Of a DNA stretch of 64,000 nt, positions 46,413-61,136 are shown in pieces. Each line of letters opens with the position of its first letter. Within the stretch, counting starts at the first letter, position 1. The DNA is taken from the NCBI RefSeq assembly GCF_009914755.1, contig NC_060944.1; one strand, written 5' to 3'. Below the pieces are notes generated by a model that was not told the origin of the DNA, made no database searches, and worked only from the letters and a program-made list of their open reading frames with translations. The translations under genes were made by a program, and so were the position numbers. This DNA is from the human T2T-CHM13v2.0 reference genome, Homo sapiens.

Positions 46413-46878
46413 GGGTGAATCTCTGTTAAAGGTGGACAACACTCAGCCTACTTAAATGCTGACAAAAAGGATCCAGTAGATGGGTGATAGAAATTGGAAG
46501 GAAATTTGGACGGGGAAGGAAATTAGAAAGATGAATGAAGTAATGAAGTTTTGAGTTGGCAAGAGAGGTGGAGTCAGAGCACAGGCAAAGGGGTTTGCCC
46601 TGACAGGGAGCAGACGCATTTCGTCGGTCGTAACAGACGAGAAGGAGAAGATGCTGACAATGAATGTGGTCTGAAATCGGGAGAAGGAGTGTGTTTGGAT
46701 TTGATGGCTTCTTTTTGGATTTGACGGTCTTCTTCTCAGTAAAATAAGGCAGCTTCTGCGGGTGAAACTGACAGTAAGAGTAGAAGAGTGGAGGGGAGTT
46801 TAGAGGAAGAGAAAGTATGACAAAGTCATTGGTGGCAGTGGCAAAGCAGGCTTCCTGGAGAAATATAAAAAGCTAGGC

Positions 46879-47820
<942 letters not shown>

Positions 47821-48063
47821 TAACACAAATATACATACACCCATGGAGGGAAAAGAAGTTAGGCAGGCCGTGTTTAGTATCCAATTGATGCTTGAGATAA
47901 TTCATTTATAGAGAAATTAGCTGATTAGCTAAGTTACAAACTTTTCTCCAGCAATATTCTGCTGCTCAGGTATGTAGGTAGAGAAGGGAAATATTTGTGT
48001 TCATTCAGGATGGGGCTCTACAAAGAGAGAGGGGCCAGGGAGTTGAAGGAGTTTGTGAAGAAG

Positions 48064-48445
48064 TGTGGTAGATTGTCTTACTGTCCAATAAGAATTTTCT
48101 CCTCCTGCCTTCCCTGACCCCAACCCAGGGCATGGAAAAGAGTTCCCTGCCCACATTGCCCTTGGGCTTGACCATTGACTTGTTTTGACCAACAGGCTGG
48201 CAGAAGTGTCAGGGTGCCTGTCCCAAGGCTGGGCCTTAGGAAGTCTTGCATGTTCCCCTCCTTCTCTTATGCTCCTGCCATCTGCCATGGAAAGAGCTTG
48301 CCCCAGCCAGCCACGGCTCCTTCACTGCGGTCGTAGAATAACAGACCCCCAAGCACCAAGCCCAGTTGTTAAGCACCAGACCAGTGGGACTCTTGGGAGG
48401 AAGGACACTGTGCTGGGTAAGCCACTGAGATTTGGGGGCTTCGTC
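48064..48445 (+). mobile_element. MLT1I/J-like LTR
   Basis: tgtggtagattg start; ttgggcttgaccattgacttgttttgaccaa; taagccactgagatttgggg. Confidence 0.7.
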
Positions 48446-48515
48446 AGGTGGATTTCACTATGTGAAACAGTTTTGTACCCTGTTTCTCTCCCTCAACAAG
48501 AGATCTTGAGCATTT

Positions 48516-48817
48516 GGCCAGGTGCAGTGCCTCCCACCTGTAATCCCAGCACTCTGGGAGGCCGAGGTTGGCAGGTCACTTGAGGTCAGGAGTTTGAGAC
48601 CAGTCTGGCCAACATGGTGAAACCCCATCTCTACTAAAAATATAAAAAATTAGCTGGGTGTGGTGGCGGGTGCCTGTAATCCCAGCTACTTGGGAGGCTG
48701 AGGCAGGAGAATCACTTCAACCAGGAGGCAGAGGTTGCAGTGAGCTGAGATCGTGCCATTGCACTCCAGCCTGGGCAACAGAGCAAGACTCCATCTCAAA
48801 AAAAAAAAAAAAAAAAA
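48516..48817 (+). mobile_element. AluS
   Basis: Full dimer; TSD gagatcttgagcattt. Confidence 0.95.
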
Positions 48818-49144
48818 GAGAGCGAGATCTTGAGCATTTAAAACTTCAAGGATATTATTCTCAATGGCTGAATATTCCATTTAATAAATAACATAATTTA
48901 CTGAATGGTTCTTTCATTATTGGGACACTTAGAATTTTCCATGTTTTCATTGTATTGCAGGAAATAAAATGAAATAACATTGCAGGAAATATTGTATATA
49001 AATTCCAAATACAAGGTATAAATACTTTTAAATTTATATTTTGACCCCAGTACAATATGCATATGGATTTTTAAAAATCAAACAAAAAATAACAAAAGAT
49101 TAGTGGATATTTGAACAAAGCCTCTAAAAATCAAGGACAGAAAC

Positions 49145-49949
49145 TGTGAGGTATTGCTAGGATAGCCCCAGTTTCTTCTACCAGGAGGTTGAATTAATAA
49201 TTTCACCACAGCCGGGCAGAGTGGCTGATGCCTGTAATCCCAGCACTTTGGGAGGTCGAGGCAGGCAGATGACTTGAGGTCAGGAGTTTGAGACCAGCCT
49301 GGGAACATGGCGAAACCCCGTCTCTACTAAAAAAAAAAACAACAAAATTTAGCCGGGCATGGTGGCGTGCACCTGTAATCCCAGCTACCTGGTGAGGCTG
49401 AGGCATGAGAATCCCTTGAACATGGGAGGCAGAGGTTGTAGTGAGCAGCTGAGATCACGCCACTGCACTCCAGCCTGGGTGACAAAGTGAGACTCTGTCT
49501 CAAAATAATAATAATAATTTCACCACCACTGAGATGATCTCGTGACATGTTTTGTCCAACAAAATGAGGCAGAAGTGACATTATACAGTTCTGATCCTGG
49601 GTCTCAGGAGGCCTGGGGTTTCTGCTGTGTTGCAGAACCCTGCCCAGCCATCCTGAGAACAGCCCAATCTGGCCTGCCTGATGGAGGATAAGAAACCACA
49701 TGAAGCAGAGCCAAGTAATACCAGCTGAGTCCTAAAAGCTCCGCCAGCCCCAACTAACCACCAGCTGCCTTTCTACAAGTGAATGATCCCAAGCAAAGTC
49801 AGCAGAGCCCAATATAAATCAGCAGAACAAATCAACCAACCAACCAACTGGTAGACTTGTGACTAAAAACAGATGATACTTTTATATGTCACTAAGACTT
49901 TGTAGTTGTTTATTAGGCAGCGTCATTGTGCCAGTAGATAACCAATACA
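49145..49949 (+). mobile_element. MLT1H-like LTR split by Alu
   Basis: gaggcagaagtgaca...gttgtttattaggcagc...gtagataaccaataca end. Confidence 0.7.
49210..49517 (+). mobile_element. AluS
   Basis: Full dimer; TSD aataatttcaccac. Confidence 0.95.
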
Positions 49950-50080
49950 GGAATCAAAACTTTAAAAACAGGAAAAGAAGCTTCCTTCCAGTTTTCAATC
50001 GGACATATGAGGAACTTGGAAGTCATGACTCCATCTTAATAAGTTAAAAAAACCGAACAAACTAAAAATCAGCAACTCTT

Positions 50081-50363
50081 GGCTGGTTGCAGTGGGTCAT
50101 GCCTGTAATCCCAGCACTTTGGGAGGCTGAGGTGGGAAGATTGCTTGAGCTCAGGCGTTCGAGACCAGCCTGGGAAACATGGGGAGACCCCCGTCTCTAC
50201 AAAAATAAAAAATAAAAATAAGCTGGGTGTGGTGACGTCTGCCTGTAGTCCCAGCTACTTAGGAGGCTGAAGTGGGAAGATTGCTTGAGTCTGAGGGGGT
50301 CAAACCTGCAATAAGCCAAGATTGACTGGGTGACAGAGTGAGACTGTCTCAAAAAAAAAAAAA
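50081..50363 (+). mobile_element. AluJ
   Basis: Dimer with small deletion. Confidence 0.92.
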
Positions 50364-50564
50364 CTTCTTAGATCTGTCACAGAATTGAGGTCACAGGGCA
50401 AACCACTGCCTCCAAAATTGGAGAGACAGACAGATCGTACAGAGAATCACAACTTATCACTGCAGAGTCACAGGTGCAGAGACCTTGCTAGGAACAAGTA
50501 CAGGGACAGGAAAGCCTGAACTGCAATTTACAAATTGCTGGAGGCTCAGTGTGGACAAGTCTAA

Positions 50565-50948
<384 letters not shown>

Positions 50949-51013
50949 TGAGTTTTACCTTCAGGAGTTCTACTGGTTTCTCACAGTAAAGACTGGAGAA
51001 AACCCCCCTCATG

Positions 51014-51754
51014 AGGTTTCTTACAAAGCTAACCATTCTCCTACCATACCATTTTCATCAATCACACTCCTTAGTATTTACTCAAAGGACTTGAAAATGT
51101 GTCCATGCAAAAACCTGCATACTGACGTTTATAGCAGCTTTATTTGTAATTGCCAAAAGTTGGAAGCAACCAAGATGTTCTTCAGTAGGTGAATGGGTAA
51201 ATAAACCAGTACATCCAGAGAACGGAATATTATTCAGGGCTAAAAAGGAATGTACTCTCAAGCTATGAAAATAAATAGAGGAATCTTCACTGTTTATTAC
51301 TTAGTGAAATAAGCCAACCCGAAAAGGCCGCATGCTATATGATTCTAACTATATGGCATTCAGGAAAAGGCCGAACTATGGAGACACTAGAAAGTTCAGT
51401 GGTCTCCAGGGTTTGGGAAGGGTAGGGAGGGGTAAACAGGCAGAGCATACAGGATTTTTAGGGCAGTGAAGCTATTCTGTGTGATACTATAATGATGAAT
51501 GCATGTCATTATACATTTGTCAAAGCCCAAAGAATGTATAATACCAACAGTGAGCCCTAATGTAAACTTGGACTTTGGGTGACAACAATGTGTCAGTGTA
51601 GGTTCAACAATTGTCACAAATCTACCACCCTGGTACGGGGTATTGCTGACGCAGAAGACTGTGTGTTGTGGGTTGGAGGAAGGAGGTATATGGTAGCTGT
51701 ACTTTCTCTTCAGTTTTGGCTAAACTGTTAAAAAAAATAAGTGTTCTTAAAAAA
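51014..51754 (+). mobile_element. L1MC1-like 3' end
   Basis: ggatttttagggcagtgaa...gtgagccctaatgtaaac...atgtgtcagtgtaggttc. Confidence 0.88.
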
Positions 51755-51760
51755 TGATCA

Positions 51761-52059
<299 letters not shown>

Positions 52060-52451
52060 GATCAAAAGTCTCAAAGCAACAATGTAAGGTCCCACCTCAA
52101 GAACTTAAAAAAAGAAGAGCAAAATAAACTCAAAGCAAATAGAAGAAAGAAAATAATAAAAGCAGAACTTAATGGAAACAAAAACAAAAAAAAATAATAA
52201 AGTCAATAAAACAAGGAGTTGATTCTTGGAGAAAACAACAAAATTGTCAAAACTTTACCAAGACTGAGAAAGAAAAAAGGAAAACACAAATTACCAATAT
52301 CGGGAATAAAACAGAGGCTATCAGTAGACATTGCAGACATCGAAAGAATAACAAGAAAATATTACAAACTGCTCTACACATATAAATTTGATAACACAGA
52401 TTGCACAAAAAGAAAGTAAAATACTCAGATATACATCTATCAAAACTTTAC

Positions 52452-52552
52452 GGCCGGCACGGTGGCTCCATGAGCCGTGTTCGTGCCACGGCACTCTGGC
52501 CTAGGCAACAGAGCAAGACCCTGTCTCAAAAGTACAAATTTAAAAAAAAAAA
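52452..52552 (+). mobile_element. Collapsed Alu (5' ~17 nt fused to 3' ~60 nt)
   Basis: ggccggcacggtggctc joined to tgagccgtgttcgtgccac; aaaactt flanks. Confidence 0.8.
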
Positions 52553-53018
52553 CTTGCACAGGATCTGTAGGCTGAAACTACAAAATGCCAGTGAAAGAAA
52601 TCAAAGATCTAAATAAATGGAGAGGCATCACATGTTCATGAATTGGAAGACTCATCACAGAAAAGATGTCAGTTCTCCATAAAAATTGCATAGGTTTAAA
52701 AAAATACCCATCAAAACCCCAGCAGAGTTTTTTGTAGATATAGACAACATTAGTTTAAAATGTATCCAGAAAGGCAAAAGAACTAGAATAGCTAATACAA
52801 TTTTGAGAAAGAGAAATAAAATGGGAGTAATCAGCCTACCCAATTTCAAGACTTACAATACAGCTACAGTAATCAAGACTGTGTTGTGCTAGTGGAGGAA
52901 GAGACACATAGATCAATGGAACAGAGCAGAGTATCCAGAATTAGATGCACAAAAATATGCACGACTGATATTTGACAAAGGCACAAACACAATTCAATGA
53001 AGAAAAGTTGGCCTTTTC

Positions 53019-53407
<389 letters not shown>

Positions 53408-53588
53408 CTACAAAAATTAACTCAAAATGGATTGCAGACTTAAATGAAAAATGTAAAACCATAATACTTTTATAAATAAACAAAGAACATCTCCAGAGTT
53501 TAGGGCTTACACTTGATAGCAAAAGCACTATCTGTAAAAGGAAAAAAACTGTATATTGAACTTTATCAAAATTAAAACTTTTTGCTCT

Positions 53589-53977
<389 letters not shown>

Positions 53978-54601
53978 CTAGGAGATAATATTTGTGAGTC
54001 ACTTATTCAACAAAGGACAAGTATTTAGAAAACATAAGGAATCCCTAAAACTCAACGGTATGAAAATACGCCATCCAGTTAGAATAAAATGGGCAAAAAA
54101 TATGAAGAGATATTTCTCTGAAGAGGATGTACAGATAACAAATAAATACATGAAAAGATGCTCAACAATGTCAGCCATCAGGGAGATGCAAATTGAAACC
54201 ACTATGCGATATTATACACATCTATCAGAATGGCTAAAATACAAAACAGAATAGGGACAACATCAAATGCTGGTGAGGATGTGGAGAAAACGGATCCCTC
54301 ATACATTGCAGGTGGGAATGTAAAATGAAATAGCCCCCTGGAAAACAGTTTGACAGTTTCTTTAAAAAAAAAAATCTAAACATGCAACTCCCATATGACC
54401 CAACAATTTCACTCTTGGGTAATTATCCCAGAGAATAAAAACTTAAGTTCAGATATGAACTTATACATGAATGATTATAGCAGCCTTATTCTCAACAGCC
54501 CAAACTAGAAAGAAACCTAATTCCTTTAATGGGAAATGGTTCTAAAAAAGATAGTACTTTTATATCATGGACTACTATTCAGCACTAAAAAGGAATAAAC
54601 T

Positions 54602-54879
54602 GGTCAGGCACAGTGGCTCACACCTGTAATCCCAGCACTTTGGGAGGCTGAAGCAGGAGGATCACTGAAGCCAGGAGTTCGAGACCAGCCTAGGCAACAT
54701 AGTGAGACCCTGTCTCTATTAAAAAAAAAAAAAAATAGCTGGGCATGGTAGTGCAGCCTACAGTTCCAGCTACTCCAGAGGCTGAGATGGGAGGGTCGCT
54801 TGAGCCTGGGAGGTTGAGGCTGCATGATCACACCACTGCACTCCAGCCTGGGTGACAGAGTGAGACACTGTCTCAAAAA

Positions 54880-54910
<31 letters not shown>
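54602..54910 (+). mobile_element. AluJ with (AAAT)n tail
   Basis: TSD taaaaaggaataaact. Confidence 0.94.
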
Positions 54911-55432
54911 AAGGAATAAACTATTGATACAAATAATAACCTGGTAGGATTGGCAGAAAATTATGCTAAGTGAAAGAAAGCCAATTATAAAAGGTTATAT
55001 ATTATATGATTCCATTCTTGAAATGGGAAAGTTAGAGAAATGGGTTAAGGAGGGAGTGGCTGCAGGAGGCAAGTGGGTGTGGCTATAAGAGAGCAACACG
55101 AAAGATCCTGGTAGGGACAGAAGTGTGTGTATCTGATGTGTTATGTCAATGTCCACATCCTGGTTGTAATATTGTACTGTAGTTTTGCAGGATGTTACCA
55201 TAGCAGCCAAGGATACACAGGACCTCTAGATTATTTTGTACAGTTACATGTGAATCTAGTATATTTATCTCAAAATAGAAAGTTTAATTGAAAACAATCA
55301 AACATTAAAAGATGCATTAAAAGATGGAGTCAGTGACATTTTCCAAAAGTAGAACAGCAATAAAAAAATAAGATGGAAAGTAGGAAACAAACCCACAAGA
55401 AAGAGATGGCATTCATTCAGGTGGTCTGAAAT

Positions 55433-56258
<826 letters not shown>

Positions 56259-56504
56259 ATACAGACATCCAACTCAGAAGAGTTCCAAGAAAGAACAGAG
56301 AAAACAGTGGGGAAGGAGATTATCAAGGAACTAATACAAAAAACCACCAGAATGAAAGGAACTTATTTCCCACATTGCAAGATCCATATAAAGGTAAATC
56401 ATCACAAAATGTCAGAACTCTAGGGTCAAAGAACACAGAGAGGAAAAAGGAAAAGGGTCTTCTGGGGGTTCTGTGGTATAAGCCATATCACTTCTCGCTC
56501 CCCT

Positions 56505-56533
56505 GCCCGCCCCCGCCCCCGCCCCCGCCCCCC
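56505..56533. repeat. (GCCCCC)4 GC-box array, G-quadruplex motif on minus strand
   Basis: gcccgcccccgcccccgcccccgcccccc. Confidence 0.85.
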
Positions 56534-57713
56534 ACTGCTGACTGAGGATGCAGTAGCCTCCCATCTGCGAAGTCAATGACCACTCCTCCATCTGCTTCCC
56601 AGCTCCATTCTCTGGGGGTCTTGCTCATCTTACTGTCAGTTTAGCCAAGATTCAGGAGAGAGCTGAGCCTAATACCTGGGCTCAGTCTACCCTCTCAACT
56701 CAGAAGTCGGGCGCTAGAATGTTACCCTACGTTAGATTCTGAAATCCAAATTTTTGCTTCTGCCTCTGGCCACCTCACAAGGGACTCACGTGCAACCAAG
56801 CATCGGCGATGCCTTCCCCACCTCTCAGGCTGCAACCTGGCCAGGGCGGCTCTTTTCACGTGACTTTGCCCTTGATATGCTTGTTCATCTGAGTCCATAT
56901 GTTACCTGTTTAGCAAGTGGGTGATGGCGTCCCTCTGTGAGGAGGTAGACGGATGCTGAGAAAATTAGTTCCTAGTGCAACTCGAGGGGTGGGGAGAGGC
57001 TTTTGCCTGCCTTACATCAACCTTGCTAAGATGTTATTTTTTAATTACACAATAATATTTGAATAATATCACAAAAATTAAACCATTACAAAAGATTCCT
57101 CCTATACTTGCCATTTCCAATACCAGAGGCATAAATTTCCAGTCCTTTTTGTATACATTTTCCTAGATGTTTATGTATCCATAAGAAATATATTGTGCTG
57201 CTTTAGTGTGGATTTTTTTTTCCTTTAACACATGAGAAAACGGTATGTCATATTGCAGTTTGCTTTTTTTTTCTTTTTCACTCAATAATGTATGTCAGCC
57301 ACCTTCCCATGTCAGGACTGGCAAATCTCCCATCTTTACATTTTACTATTACATGGAGTTTATAGTAAGGATGACACATTTTATAGCCATTCTGCTTGGG
57401 ATAGATGTTTCCGTTTTTCCAGGATTTTTGCAAGTGATGGGGCTGCACAGCAGTCTGTGGTCCAAAGCCCCGTGCCGGCCCATAGGTGCAGTTTATTAGC
57501 CGTCTACCACAAGAAAAGAACAGAAATTTGGGATAGGTGTTGAGAAACTTTTATAGCAATTTGGCGGGGTAATGTCATATCGAATCTTCCAATAAAAATT
57601 GGAGGCTTATATTTTCTAAGTCTTTATTTTTTAAATTTTCACTTCTCTAGTAATTCATTTTTACTACAAAAGTAAAAATGTTTATGACAGATCAGAAATA
57701 AAAACTAGACCAC

Positions 57714-58081
<368 letters not shown>

Positions 58082-59199
58082 TTAATGCATGCCTACCCTC
58101 TCATTCTCATGTCAGCATCTCTCTGCCATAAATCTAAAGAATGACTCTCTGGGGCACAGGATTTAGACATCATTTATTGTAATCGAGAGTGGCAATTTGC
58201 CCCTCAAAAGGCTAGATCCCCACCACCATTGGTATCTTGTTGTAACTCACATGTTCCTGAATACCAACGAGACGGAGCTTCTTTTTGTATGTGTATTATC
58301 CATATATATGTCCTTTGAAGCCAGCCTCAAGTCCAGGAAGTCAGCCAAGTCCTGGGTTGTGATAATCCTCCTGCAGCCTCATCTGGTTTGAACTTCCCAG
58401 AAGTCCTAGGAGGTGAACCAGGCAGGGATAATTTCCTCTTTAAACATTCCAGTTCCTCCTGTGGGACATTGAGGCTGAGGCTGCACCCAGGCCACATGCA
58501 TATGTATTTATTGGCAGGGCTGGGCCTGAGACTAGGTCTCCTAGCCTAGAATTCCCTCCAAAGATTCACGAGAGTCCAAAGACTAACACCCATGGCCCGG
58601 GTCCAAAAGTTCACTAAGAGGACAGGCTGAGGCTACATGATGGGGGAAGGGGGGAGTCAGAATTAGGGCCAAGAACTAGATCTGGGAGGTCAGGGAGGGA
58701 AAGGAGAAACAGTGAGAAACTGTGACGCAGCACAACATATATCTCAGCACTGGGAATGTCTATCTTCTGGCGCTGTCGGAGGAGATAAGTAGATTATCTG
58801 TCAGCCCAACAGTCTAAGCAAAGAAGAAGCCAGGAGTTCCTTCCGTCAATTCACCTAATCTTTTAACACTGCTTATCGGTGGGGTCGATGTAACTCAAAC
58901 CTCCTAAAACAACACGGGGTTTATCCTGTCCGACTCAAGCAATGAACTTGCAACTACCAAGACATCAGGCCAAACCATCACTCACTTTGCTCAGGTGTGC
59001 CTTTGTGCAAATACTCACCCTGCCAAGTCTGGGAGGCCATTTCCAGAAACCATGGGTGGTGGGTTGTAATGGCCGGTCTGCCTCGTGGCAGGCAAGCAGG
59101 TAGCAGTGAAGGAACATGCCATGAGAAGTGGGTGCAAAGAGAGAAGATCTCAGAGTTGGGTGGAGACTTAGAACCATCTAACCCAATCCTTACCCACAT

Positions 59200-59286
59200 T
59201 CATAGGTTCAAGTACCAGGTCTCTGCACCATTTCTAGACATTACTTAGCTTCCCTGAACCTCAGTTTATTCATCTGTAAAATGGGC
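59200..59286 (+). mobile_element. MIR core
   Basis: ttacttagcttccctgaacctcagtttattcatctgtaaaatggg. Confidence 0.75.
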
Positions 59287-59292
59287 TCTGCC

Positions 59293-59668
59293 TGCAGTGG
59301 GTGACATTGGGGCTGCACCTGTATCCTGCAGACCCTGATCATCCCTGTGTACAACTTTGCCTGTGTGCTTAGAAGTGTTAGAGAATTCACACTCCCAGGA
59401 GCAACCCCCCCAAATAGCCTAACACCCCAACTCCTGAGGGGCAGGATCATTCTTAGGTATGAGTTCTACACTGTCTCCCAGGGACCCCCCATGAGACTGA
59501 GCTCCAGCTACCCACAGCAATGAGGTGCTTGACAATACACCCCAAATCAGTCGCCCTCCTCTCCCTCTTTCACTTCCCTACAGCCCCTTGAGATCACTGT
59601 CCATATAAAACACTTGCACAAGAATCCATGCAACAGAGTCAGCTTCTGGGGGAACCCAAATTAAGAAA
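59293..59668 (+). mobile_element. LTR16A-like ERVL solo LTR
   Basis: ttctacactgtctccca...cacttgcacaagaatcc...cttctgggggaacccaaattaaga. Confidence 0.75.
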
Positions 59669-60159
59669 CTTTCCAACTTTCTCACAGTGTTGTTGGTAAG
59701 ATCAGGTACAGCTCTCAGACAAAGGTCGAGGTTATCAGCATGAAACCGTGGCACTATTCTGTGTGCCAGGCAAAGGGAGCCACAGGTTAGTCTGAGTTGG
59801 GTATTCTGGGGCTTTTGAACTCTAGGTGGTCACATGGAGACTTTAAGGTAGAATGAACATAAGCCGTAAAAGACAGCAGAGTTGGAGCCTACTGGGCTCC
59901 GCCTGGTTTTAACTGCTCCCAACACAACAATCACAACTGCCAATCTCCAAGTTCCAAAGAACTGGCTCTGCCAACGACTCAGAAATAAGTTTTGAGCATA
60001 ATCTAGCCCGTAGTTGATATCAAGCAGAAGATGTGATCTGTGGTTCTCATAGCTCACAATCTATGCAGAACCCAAAGAGAATATGTAACAATTAACTGAG
60101 CAAAACCAGCAGCAAATCCTGGAACATCGTGTGGAACTAGAAGAAGATGGTGGTTTGTT

Positions 60160-61136
60160 GAAAGAACACAGGAGCCCTGAAGGAGCTCCAAATGGTCAAG
60201 GTTGGAAGAATTTAAACAATAAGAAAAATAATGATAGTTTAGGACAATAACCCATAGAGTTAAATAAATGTCCACAAGTCCACACTGATATAAGTATTTG
60301 ATTAAATAAGTCAATAGGGAAGTGACAGCTCTTCCTTGCAATGAAAATCCAGTCAATCCATGCGGAAGGAAGGAGCAAAGGAGAAATCAGCATTAGGTCA
60401 ACACCACAGTGGTGATTGTTGCAGACAAGAGCTGCTAATAGACAACAGAATAGGTGGAAGGTTTGAGGAAAAAAGGGGTTTGCAAAGCCTTAAGTATCTC
60501 TTCCAGGAGGTTTGTTGACAAGGGTGGGGTTTGGGGACAGAAAAAACATTACCAAGGAAAAGCCCATCAGAGACCACTTGACCAGGTGATCAGGGCCATC
60601 ATCACAGACGTAAGCCATCAACGCCATGCCCTCGTGACACGTGCAGTGAGCAGGATGCAGCCCCAGGCCTCTGGCGCCCTTGCCTGGGATGCACAACCTG
60701 AGCCCAAGTTCAGACAGGCCTGAACTAAGAGACTTCTGCAAAGTAACTGATCAATACTCTTCATGGGTATCTAGGTCCTGAAAGACAAGGAATGACCAAG
60801 GAACTATTATAGAGTCTAGAAGACTAGAGAGAAAAAAACAACTATATGCAAATGCGGGATCCTGGATGGGATTCTGGAGCAAGAAAAAGACGTTAATGGG
60901 AAAACCAGTGAAGTTCACACGGGATCTTTGGTTTGATTAAGGCTGCTGTACTGAGGTTAATTTCCTGGTTCTGATTACTGTGCTATGGCTTTGCAAATTG
61001 TGCTATGGTTTTGCAAGATTGGGGTCAACTGCTGGAGGGACATAGAGAAGTTGCCTGTACCAGGCTTGCAAATTTTCTGCTACTTTTACTACTAGTTTTC
61101 TAAAAGTGGGTCAAAATATAAAGGTTTTTTAAAAAA
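60160..61136 (+). mobile_element. L1MC3/4 3'UTR
   Basis: aaggagctccaaatggtcaa...aacccatagagttaaataaat...ggatcctggatgggattctgga. Confidence 0.82.

Noticed and set aside
58839-58852. ccttccgtcaattc, matching a conserved antisense SSU rRNA motif
   Set aside because: Only 14 bp match and the flanks do not continue the rRNA sequence, so likely chance.
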